Shown one piece after another: positions 52,705 to 61,405 of a stretch of 64,000 nucleotides of DNA (its first letter is position 1; the number at the start of each line of letters is the position of its first letter). A program made the translations under genes and the position numbers. The stretch comes from an uncultured Candidatus Binatia bacterium (lineage in GTDB: Bacteria; Desulfobacterota; Binatia; UBA9968; CAXXLF01): contig CBDCDW010000005.1 in NCBI GenBank assembly GCA_965215595.1, positions 235,316-299,315 on the forward strand. The letters are read 5' to 3'. The notes below the pieces were generated by a model. It did not search any database. It saw only the letters and a program-made list of their open reading frames with translations, and had not been told where the DNA came from.

Positions 52705-53814
52705 CTAACGAGGCATGACTTTTTTCAGCAGACCAACCACCTGTTTCCGCCGTTTTACAAAGGACTCATCGGAAGTCACCGGGAACTGGTTGTTCTCCTT
52801 GGGCACCAAGATGTTCAACACATGTTTAGTTGATACATCCTTTCGCATGGATGGAACACCGGCACCCTTACTCCAGCTGAGTTGACCCTCGCGGGAAAGC
52901 ACAAAGTCGAGGTAGACCCTGGTGGCGTTAGGATGGGGAGCATTCTTTACCACCGAAATGTTGCCGGCCCCCGCGGTAATGTAGGTGCCTTCTTTTATGG
53001 TATTTGGATCCGCCTGCTGGAGTGGTATTCCCTTGCCAACCATTTCCGTGGTCAAGACATCGCTGGGGCCAATGGCAATGGGATATTTTCCCTTTCCCAC
53101 AAAGTCCAAAATCTGGCGGTCGTTCCTAGAAACGACCAGGTTTTTTGCTAATTTCCGAATAAAGTTCGCACCCAGTTCATCATTAAAATACCAGAAGGTG
53201 GCCGTGCCGAGGCCTCCACCTGGTCTTGTGGGATCGCGAATAACGATTTTTCCTTTCCACTTGGGATCCAGCAAATCCTTCCATGAGGTTATTTCACCTG
53301 CGGACACCATCGTCGGATTGAACACGAAAGGCGCCTTTACATAAGCGCTCATCACCAGCGTGTATTTCCGGGCAGTGTCCGAGAATTTCATCTCTCCTCC
53401 ACGCCATTTCGACGGGTCCTTTGTATTGGGTCCACTGAGATAAGGTGTGATTGGCACGATGGCACCCACCGGCAATAGTCCCGTAAGTGCCGTGGTGGAG
53501 CCTCCGATAAAGATGTCCGTCAGGAATTTCCTCGCCCCATGTTCGTTTAGCATCTTGGGTAGAACTCGTGAGCCTCTCATACCGCTGAATTCCACCTGAA
53601 TTTCTGGATACTTTTTATTAAATTCCAGGGTCAGAGCATCCTTGGTCCAGGTACCCTGGGGCCCAATAATCACCACCCGTCCTTCTTTTTTCGCTGCTGC
53701 CACCACTTGCTCCCAATCGGAAGCAGCCTGTGCTGTGGTGGCAACAAACGAAACAATAGTTGCCGCAAACAATATTGCCGCCACCAGAATGATTGGGAGA
53801 ATGTTCTTCTTCAT
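52705..53814 (-). CDS. Periplasmic family-1 (Fe3+/polyamine-type) ABC substrate-binding protein, orphan (no permease/ATPase nearby), embedded between two UbiD genes
   Basis: Signal peptide MKKNILPIILVAAILFAATIVSFVATTAQA, then an SBP core. It is paralogous to the partial gene at 1-651. Confidence 0.6.
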   Translation of the reverse strand: MKKNILPIILVAAILFAATIVSFVATTAQAASDWEQVVAAAKKEGRVVIIGPQGTWTKDALTLEFNKKYPEIQVEFSGMRGSRVLPKMLNEHGARKFLTDIFIGGSTTALTGLLPVGAIVPITPYLSGPNTKDPSKWRGGEMKFSDTARKYTLVMSAYVKAPFVFNPTMVSAGEITSWKDLLDPKWKGKIVIRDPTRPGGGLGTATFWYFNDELGANFIRKLAKNLVVSRNDRQILDFVGKGKYPIAIGPSDVLTTEMVGKGIPLQQADPNTIKEGTYITAGAGNISVVKNAPHPNATRVYLDFVLSREGQLSWSKGAGVPSMRKDVSTKHVLNILVPKENNQFPVTSDESFVKRRKQVVGLLKKVMPR

Positions 53815-53896
53815 GTTCATGCCTCCTAACCATAGATTAATAACCGATGATATTCGAATTCGGGTTTCCATCTTCAATTGGATCTAAATTTCATCA

Positions 53897-55543
53897 TCAA
53901 CGTCCGATGACGATATTTTTCTTTTCAGTTTCAGCTGTAACCTTCTTCTGACGCTTCGCCGTTGTCTCCCCAACTTCCCGATACTTTCCTTCCACAATGA
54001 GCTTGGCAAATACATCGTTATCCTTGGTCCAGTTTCCTAGACTGTACCCATGCCATGGCTCCCGCAGCCTTGGTTGCGGCAGTTCGCTATGTTCGGCCCA
54101 CATGGCCATGGCTCGCTCCATGTATTGCTTGTCCGGCAAACCTACCGGAGGGTAAGCCCACTTTCGCGTTGCATTAAATAACAACCGGCTGTGGTGGTAG
54201 TTCTGCAGCAACGAAGAGCCATAAACCATCTCACCGTGTCCTGAACCCGGCGGTGTCCCCGACGGATCCAATGCCGGATTGCGACCATGAACCACCTCCA
54301 CATCGAGCTCAGGACGGCACCGGTAGGCCATGGCCCAAAGCATCGCATCCTTGTCCCGAACGTCGATATCATTGTCCACGAGGACGATGTACTTTGATCC
54401 CCCCATCAACCCCGCTGCGGCATGGAGAACCGTCCAGGGGTCCACTCCCCTCTGGCTCCGCAAGCGAATGAGACACCACTCGCGTCCACCGGCGCTATCG
54501 GGAAAGTGGATGTCTTCGATGGGATAGCCCGCCCCGTAGTAGAGGTGATCGTACAGCATGGTTGCGTAGGTATAGCTCAAGATTGTGTTGGAGTCGCTAG
54601 GATACATTCCCACCGTTATGGGTGTAAATATTGCGTTATTGCGGTGAGTAATTGCGGTCACCTGGATCACCGGAAAGTAGGTAGATTCAGTTGACATATA
54701 ACCCGGATACTCGCCAAAGGGTGTCAACTCTTCTGTGGTCTCGGTGGACATGAGCCCTTCGATAACGATCTCAGCCGATGCCGGTACCTCCAGGGGGATC
54801 GTCTTGCACTTTACCAACTCCACCGGCTCACCCATGATTCCACCGGCCACTGCTAGTTCGTCGTATCTCCCATAGGGGATCGGTGCCGAAGCTACGATCA
54901 TGACAACGGGAGTGGATCCTACGATGATGGCCACTGGCAATGGCTCCTTACGCTGTCTCGCCTTTGGCCAGTGATAGGCCATGGCATCGTGAAAAACCGC
55001 AGAGCCCGATACGATCCGATCTCGGTCGCGGAAAAACCCGTTATAGGCTCCCAGATTGCGCATGCCCGTCTCGGGATCTTTCGTGAGCATGGAGGTGCCG
55101 GTACGAATCATGCAGCTAAATCCGGGTTCTTCCACCGGAGCCGGCAATTCATCCAAGCCCAATTCCTTAAGCTCTTTGCCGGTATGCACTTCTTCGTGTA
55201 CGGGACCATCTTTGACAATCACCGGATCAATGGGATGCGCCATGCCCTCATGCCAACGGTCCATAGCTTCCCGAATGGACTCGCAACCCAAACCCCACGC
55301 AACAAAATCCGTCGCGGCACCGTAAACTCCTGCCGCAACTCTCATTGGAAAACGTTTGCCGTTGGCTCCCCGCACGTTTTCGAACAGCAGGATCTTCCGC
55401 TCTTCTTCAGGGAGGCCACGCATCTCAACCCGGAACAGCGGCATCAACTCCGTTTCTTTATTGACTGGTTCCGTGAACGTATGAAGCCGACCTCGGCGTT
55501 GTACTTCGGCCATGAACTCCCGAAGATCCTTGAAGTACGCCAT
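53897..55543 (-). CDS. UbiD-family decarboxylase/carboxylase, paralogue 2 (divergent, ~549 aa)
   Basis: MAYFKDLREFMAEVQRRGRLHTFTEPVNKETELMPL..., ...EELTPFGEYPGYMS... and GGSKYIVLVDNDIDV. The track ORF begins 22 codons further upstream. Confidence 0.75.
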   Translation of the reverse strand: MAYFKDLREFMAEVQRRGRLHTFTEPVNKETELMPLFRVEMRGLPEEERKILLFENVRGANGKRFPMRVAAGVYGAATDFVAWGLGCESIREAMDRWHEGMAHPIDPVIVKDGPVHEEVHTGKELKELGLDELPAPVEEPGFSCMIRTGTSMLTKDPETGMRNLGAYNGFFRDRDRIVSGSAVFHDAMAYHWPKARQRKEPLPVAIIVGSTPVVMIVASAPIPYGRYDELAVAGGIMGEPVELVKCKTIPLEVPASAEIVIEGLMSTETTEELTPFGEYPGYMSTESTYFPVIQVTAITHRNNAIFTPITVGMYPSDSNTILSYTYATMLYDHLYYGAGYPIEDIHFPDSAGGREWCLIRLRSQRGVDPWTVLHAAAGLMGGSKYIVLVDNDIDVRDKDAMLWAMAYRCRPELDVEVVHGRNPALDPSGTPPGSGHGEMVYGSSLLQNYHHSRLLFNATRKWAYPPVGLPDKQYMERAMAMWAEHSELPQPRLREPWHGYSLGNWTKDNDVFAKLIVEGKYREVGETTAKRQKKVTAETEKKNIVIGR

Positions 55544-56029
55544 GGTTTCCCCTTCCTTGCAGTTTAAGTGATACTTTCCACAAACCCGCGTGAACCACCT
55601 ACGACACAAAAAATTACCGTAAGAATTTCCCAGGACGGGTTCTCAACTTAGGTATGCTCAAAAGGTCATAATATAGTTGCCCAGGTGTGTCAAACTGACA
55701 AGCTAGTACAAGTGGTGTTCGATACATGTTACATCAATAACTGCGAAGATTGCTTCCTCTTGACAAATGGAGCCTCGTCCTCGTAGTTTCTGTAATGACG
55801 AAACACCCAAAGGGTTCATGATCATGGATGACTACGGTTTATTGACCCGCACGGGACGGGGACTCCTTGTGGCAACCAACGGTATAATCCCGAGCTCTCT
55901 GGACTGGAGGGAGTATTGTCGCATTCTGGTTGCCGAAGACCGAGATTAGGTTGGTAGACCAGCCATTACGAGAACCGCAAGCTAAATCATTCAGAGACAG
56001 CAGGTGAGCAATGCGGAAGGAGTTTTAGC

Positions 56030-57256
56030 ATGGCAGATGTTTTAAGGTTAGGTATCGTGGGCTTGGGAATGGGAGCTGGTCGGGTCATACCAGAGATCGC
56101 TCATCTACCCTACATCAAATTGACTGCGGGTGCCGACCTTCGTCCACACGCGCTTAAACAGTTCCGCGAAGAGTTCGGCGCACAGGGGTATCAGAGTGTG
56201 GAAGAAATGTGCCAGAGCCCGGATGTCGACGCAGTTTATGTTTGCACGCCACATAATTACCACTGTGAGCATACGATCACCGCACTGAAAAACAAAAAAC
56301 ACGTCATTGTGGAAAAGCCCATGGCCCTATCCATTGAAGAATGTGAAGCCATGAACCAGGCAGCCGAGGCAAATGGGGTCAAACTCCTATGCGGTCATAC
56401 CCACAGCTTCGATCCGCCAATTCAAAAGATGGCGGAAGTAATTCGCAGCGGCCAGTTGGGTCGAACACTGATGATCAACAGTTCCTACTACAAAAACTTT
56501 ATTTACCGACCGTTTTCAGATCAGGATGTGGGCATGAGCCGGGGTGTAGTCTTGAACCAGGGGCCCCACCAGGTGGACATCGTACGTCTGTTAGGCGGTG
56601 GCATGGTCCGAAGCGTTCGGGCCATGGCTGGAGTCGGTGATCCTACGCGAGGAGAACCCAGACCGGCAGAGGGGCACTATATTTGTTATCTCGAGTTTGA
56701 AAATGGAGTGCCAGCAAGTTTGGTATTTAGCGGGTATGCCTACCTGGACACTGCCGAACTCGTCTGGGGCATCGGTGAGGGAGGACAGCCGGTTGATCCC
56801 CAGTCCTTCGTCAATGCCCATCAGTTTTTCAAGGAAGTCGGCACCGGATCGGAACGCAAAAAGAAAATGGAGCAGCTCCTGGAATCATGGCGGTATGGGG
56901 GAACTAACGTTGGCGAGTGGTTCCGTAGCGGCAGTTCGGGTCAGCTACCAGGGAAGCGACATCAACCCTTCTTTGGGCTTAACATTGTGACCTGCGAGAA
57001 AGGCGATATTCGTCAATCGCCGGATGGAATTTACCTATACACCGACCAGGGACGGAGCGAGGTCCCCATACCTGCGGGCGCCCATGGCCGGGAGGCTGAA
57101 ATACGTGAGCTTTACGAAGGAGTAGTGAACGGCCACCCTGTGTTCCATGATGGCCGGTGGGGTGAGGCCACACTGGAGGTTAGTTTGGCCATTCTCCAGT
57201 CAGCAGAGGAAAGACGAGAGATTTCGATGTCTCATCAAGTGGCAGTACCGAACTAG
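56030..57256 (+). CDS. Gfo/Idh/MocA-family NAD(P)-dependent oxidoreductase
   Basis: Rossmann start LRLGIVGLGMGAGRV, then ...AVYVCTPHNYHCEHTITALKNKKHVIVEKPMALSIEECEAM is the family signature (EKP motif). Confidence 0.8.
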   Translation: MADVLRLGIVGLGMGAGRVIPEIAHLPYIKLTAGADLRPHALKQFREEFGAQGYQSVEEMCQSPDVDAVYVCTPHNYHCEHTITALKNKKHVIVEKPMALSIEECEAMNQAAEANGVKLLCGHTHSFDPPIQKMAEVIRSGQLGRTLMINSSYYKNFIYRPFSDQDVGMSRGVVLNQGPHQVDIVRLLGGGMVRSVRAMAGVGDPTRGEPRPAEGHYICYLEFENGVPASLVFSGYAYLDTAELVWGIGEGGQPVDPQSFVNAHQFFKEVGTGSERKKKMEQLLESWRYGGTNVGEWFRSGSSGQLPGKRHQPFFGLNIVTCEKGDIRQSPDGIYLYTDQGRSEVPIPAGAHGREAEIRELYEGVVNGHPVFHDGRWGEATLEVSLAILQSAEERREISMSHQVAVPN

Positions 57257-57297
57257 AAAGAACCTGAACACTAGCCATTCAAAAGAGGAGCATTTGA

Positions 57298-58740
57298 ATG
57301 ATTCCTGACCTGAGGAAGTTCCTTGAGAAACTTGAAGCTATAGGAGAACTGAAGCGAATCAGTGGCGCAGACCTGAAATTTGAAATCGGCGCCATTTCAG
57401 AACTCGCCTTTCAGAACCACGGACCGGCCCTTCTGTTTGACCGCATCAATCAGTATCCGCCCAACTACCGAATCGCATCGAACGTTTGCAGCACAAAGAA
57501 GAGATCGTTGCTGGCCATAGGCATGGACCCTGAGTTAACCGAGGACGAGGCAATGACGCGGTTCAAGCGGAGATGGGATGACTACAAGCCCATTCCCCCG
57601 GTGAAAGTCCATAGCGGCTCAATGATGGAAAACATTCAAAATGGCGAAGAAGTGGACCTCATGAAGATCCCGGTGCCCGTCTGGCACGAACTGGATGGCG
57701 GTCCTTATATTGGTACAGGATTAGCCGTCATTCTGAAGGACCCGGATATAGGCTGGGTCAATCTGGGGAGCTACAGGCTTCAACGTCATGACCGTTACAC
57801 AACGGGTGTTTTCAGTGAGCCGGCCAACGATGGAACCAAAATAATGCAGAAATACTGGGCTCAGGGTAAAGCCTGTCCCGTGGCTGTTTCCCTGGGTCCG
57901 GAGCCGATCATTTTTTTGACGGCTTCAGGCAGTACCGGATGCCCCAAAGGCGTTCCGGAGTATGACTATGCAGGCTTTCTCCTGGGAGAACCCATCCCTA
58001 TTGTCGAAGGACCTTTGACTGGCCTGCCCATTTCTGCGAATTCTGAGATCGCAATTGAGGGAGAGATACCACCACCGCAAGCTGAGTCGAGACCTGAAGG
58101 TCCATTTGGTGAATGGACTGGTTACTACATGGGTGGCTCTGTACCTGAGCCGGTCATTCGGGTAAAGGCACTGTACCATCGAACTGATCCCATTCTTTTC
58201 GGCGCCTCACCATTGAAGCCCAATGAAGAAGCCTATTCCTTCTCTCTTCCGATGATCTTAGTCACCGGGATCTTGAGTCGTTTACAGAAACAGGGAATAC
58301 CCGTCCGCCGCGTTTCCAATCCGGTGAAGATGGGGGTAACTGTAATTACGATTCAGCAACAAGAAAAAGACGACGTGGAGCGGGCCATGAAAGCCATCGA
58401 TAAAATTCCGGGACCTCAGCGGCTTTTTATCCTCGTGGACGACGACGTTGATCTTGAGGACCCTCGGGACGTCTTGTGGGCCGTCACCACGCGCTATGAT
58501 CCCACGACGGGGGCTCGGGTCAGTACGATAGAAAGTGAATGGCTATTGGATCCATTACGTAAGGTAGAAGAGAGAGCACAGCGACCGTCTCTTCCTTACA
58601 AGCGACTCATCTTGAATGGCTGTCGTCCTTTCGATCGCATAAAAGATTTCTCCGCGGTAAACCTGCTAAGTAAGACGAGGCGCGATGAGACGTGGAGCAA
58701 GTGGCAGATGGAAAAGTGGGCCTCTCGTCCAGTGAAGTAA
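57298..58740 (+). CDS. UbiD-family decarboxylase/carboxylase, paralogue 3 (480 aa)
   Basis: MIPDLRKFLEKLEAIGELKRISGADLKFEIGAISELAFQNHGPALLFDRI, ...EGPFGEWTGYYMGGS... and ...LFILVDDDVDLEDPRDVLWAV. Confidence 0.8.
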   Translation: MIPDLRKFLEKLEAIGELKRISGADLKFEIGAISELAFQNHGPALLFDRINQYPPNYRIASNVCSTKKRSLLAIGMDPELTEDEAMTRFKRRWDDYKPIPPVKVHSGSMMENIQNGEEVDLMKIPVPVWHELDGGPYIGTGLAVILKDPDIGWVNLGSYRLQRHDRYTTGVFSEPANDGTKIMQKYWAQGKACPVAVSLGPEPIIFLTASGSTGCPKGVPEYDYAGFLLGEPIPIVEGPLTGLPISANSEIAIEGEIPPPQAESRPEGPFGEWTGYYMGGSVPEPVIRVKALYHRTDPILFGASPLKPNEEAYSFSLPMILVTGILSRLQKQGIPVRRVSNPVKMGVTVITIQQQEKDDVERAMKAIDKIPGPQRLFILVDDDVDLEDPRDVLWAVTTRYDPTTGARVSTIESEWLLDPLRKVEERAQRPSLPYKRLILNGCRPFDRIKDFSAVNLLSKTRRDETWSKWQMEKWASRPVK

Positions 58741-58757
58741 TATGAAGGGAGTTAATC

Positions 58758-60206
58758 ATGGGGCACAAGTCTTTAGGCGAGTTTATTGAAGCGGCTCGGG
58801 CCATTGGCGAGGTGAAAAATGTACACGGTGCCGCTCTTGAAATGGAGGTCGGCTGCTTGACTGAACTGTCAGCCGAACAAAATGGGCCAATGCTGCTTTT
58901 CGACCAATTTAAGGGTTATCCAGATGACTTCCGTGTGGCCAGCAACGTCGTTCGAAACAGTCGACGCCGATATGCGTTGGCCATGGGTCTCCCGGTAGAT
59001 GCCCATGCCATCGAAATGGTCAAGCAGCTAAGAGAACGGCGAAAGAGGAAAGAGCCAACACCTCCAGTTCTGGTAAAAGATGGACCCATCCTGGAAAATA
59101 TACTTTCCGGTCAAGATGCGGATGTCGGGAAATTCCCCGCACCTAAGTGGCACTCAGAGGACGGCGGGCACTACATTGGGACGGGGGACATTGTTCTCAT
59201 GCGTGACCCGGATACTGGGTGGGTTAATTTTGGCACCTATCGCGCATGCGTGCAGGGACAGAATCTAATAAGCATCTGGATCATCAAGCATAAACGGGGC
59301 CGCATCATAGCTGAAAAGTACTGGGCCCAGGGTAAGGCATGTCCCGTGGCTGTGGTCCTTGGATGTGACCCGTTAACCTTTATGGCTGGAACAAGCCGTT
59401 TGAAATACGAAGAGGCAGGGGCCCTTCACGGTGCACCGGTTGAAGTTGTAAAGGGGCCACTCACAGGTCTTCCCATCCCTGCCCATGCAGAGATCGTCCT
59501 TGAAGGGGAAATTCCTTCGCCCGACGAGGAGACTGCGGTGGAAGGACCCTTTGGTGAATGGCCAGGGTACTACTCCCACACCGGGCCGGAATGCGTGGTC
59601 CGAATAAAGCAGATCGCGCACCGTAGCTCTCCGATTATTAACGGCAACCCACCATTGAGACCCTTGCTCGGATTACGTGACGATCTGCCGTCAACTGCTG
59701 TAAATATGTGGGATCACCTGGAAAACTCTGGTATCTCTGATGTCGTCGGAGTCTGGGGGTTTTGTAACTCACTTATGATAGTTATCTCGTTGAAACAGCG
59801 CTACGCGGGCCACGCACAGCAGGCACTCCTGGCCGCGGCTGGTTTGCGCAGCTCGGCCAGTATGAATACTTACTTTGTGGCAGTGGACGAGGATATTGAC
59901 CCCTCCGCGTTGAACGATGTCGTTTGGGCGCTATGCACACGAGTGAATCCTGCCACCGCCCTGGACGTACTCCATAATGCATGGACAAGCGACCTGGACC
60001 CCAGATTGACTCCGGAGCAAAAGTCCTCGGGTGACTACACCATGGGGCGTTTATTGATCAATGCTTGCAAGCCTTTTTCGTGGAAGGATTCCTTCCCCAA
60101 GACAAATATTTTCTCCACCGAGGAACGCCGGCAAGTCGCAGAACGATGGGGTAGTTTATTAAGTGAAATCACAAGTTTATCAAAACGATCCACACCCCTT
60201 GGATGA
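58758..60206 (+). CDS. UbiD-family decarboxylase/carboxylase, paralogue 4 (482 aa), 18 bp downstream of paralogue 3
   Basis: MGHKSLGEFIEAARAIGEVKNVHGAALEMEVGCLTELSAEQNGPMLLFDQF, ...EGPFGEWPGYYSH... and ...YFVAVDEDIDPSALNDVVWAL. Confidence 0.8.
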   Translation: MGHKSLGEFIEAARAIGEVKNVHGAALEMEVGCLTELSAEQNGPMLLFDQFKGYPDDFRVASNVVRNSRRRYALAMGLPVDAHAIEMVKQLRERRKRKEPTPPVLVKDGPILENILSGQDADVGKFPAPKWHSEDGGHYIGTGDIVLMRDPDTGWVNFGTYRACVQGQNLISIWIIKHKRGRIIAEKYWAQGKACPVAVVLGCDPLTFMAGTSRLKYEEAGALHGAPVEVVKGPLTGLPIPAHAEIVLEGEIPSPDEETAVEGPFGEWPGYYSHTGPECVVRIKQIAHRSSPIINGNPPLRPLLGLRDDLPSTAVNMWDHLENSGISDVVGVWGFCNSLMIVISLKQRYAGHAQQALLAAAGLRSSASMNTYFVAVDEDIDPSALNDVVWALCTRVNPATALDVLHNAWTSDLDPRLTPEQKSSGDYTMGRLLINACKPFSWKDSFPKTNIFSTEERRQVAERWGSLLSEITSLSKRSTPLG

Positions 60207-60325
60207 GCGGCCCTACCTTAGGATGAAATGTTCAACACCTCTTGACTAGCTTCTAAAAGCCACATAGGATGCCACCTTTCTCGGCGAAGAATTGGGTGTG
60301 GAGGAAACTACACTAAGGGGGGCCT

Positions 60326-61375
60326 ATGAGATTATATAAAGCAAGCACGATATGCGCCTTGGCGATTTTTCTTGCGATGGTATTCGCAATGATATCGCAG
60401 CCTGCGGTATCAAATGCCTTCACCGAAGGCAAAACTGTTCGCCTTCTGGTCTTTGCCACTCCGGGTGGTGGCTACGACTATTACTCTAGGTTAGTCATGC
60501 GTTACATCCCAAAGTATCTTCCTGGCAATCCAAAAATCCTCGTTCAGAACATGCCCATAGGATATTTGGCCGCCAACACCCTTTGGCGATCCAAACCCGA
60601 TGGCATTACGTGGGGCGTATTGGGCCAGGAAGGCTAACTAAACAATATTGCAGGTGAGAAAGCGCAAAAGTACGATTTCAGTAAAGGCATTTCCATTGGC
60701 AGTATTGCAGATGAAAATACGCTAATCTATATCCGTACCGACAGCTGGATATCTTCTTTGAAAGATCTGGCCGCCGCGATTAAGGCGGGAAAGAAGCGTC
60801 CCATTATGGGTGGCACCACCCGGTCAGGTTCGAGTTATGTTATGGGGGAGGTCTTGGAGTATTTGTCACCGAATATGAAGTTTAAACAGGTCCTGGGTTA
60901 TCCTGGCGGTTCTGAGGTGGACCTGGCGATCCGAAGGGGGGAAGCCCAGGCGGCCGGGCGTAGTAAGAACTCCTTCTTTTCGCGCATGAGCGATATCTAC
61001 AAATCGGGCGAAATCGTAGTCATCTTGCAAACCGGCACTGTCGACGGAAAACGCGACCCAACTTTCGAGAATGTGCCCACCCTTGGAGAGTTCGCCGACA
61101 GCAGTGACGATAAGGCACTCCTAAATCTGGTGCTCCTTAACCAGATTGTTGCAAGACCGTTCTGGCTGCCACCAGGAGTACCCCAGGATAGGGTGAAGTT
61201 AATCCGGGAGGCCTTCCGTAGGACGGTCAATGATCCCAAGCTAGTTGCGCAGGCCAAGAGGTCCCGGCGTCATATTGGACCCGTATACGGTGACCAAGTG
61301 GCCAAGCTGTACGCAGAAGCCTTCGCTGCGCCCGAGAGTGTTAAGGAGCGCATAAGAAAGATCCTCGGAAAATAG
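60326..61375 (+). pseudogene. TctC-family (Bug) substrate-binding protein interrupted by an in-frame TAA at 60635-60637
   Basis: ORF 60326..60637 (signal peptide; FATPGGGYDYYSRLVMRYIPKY) and ORF 60758..61375 are in the same frame. The intervening 120 bp is open in that frame (LNNIAGEKAQKYDFSKGISIGSIADENTLIYIRTDSW...). A single TAA stop separates them. Confidence 0.6.
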
Positions 61376-61405
61376 CGTGGTTATCAGGCAACCAAAGTTG
61401 CATCC

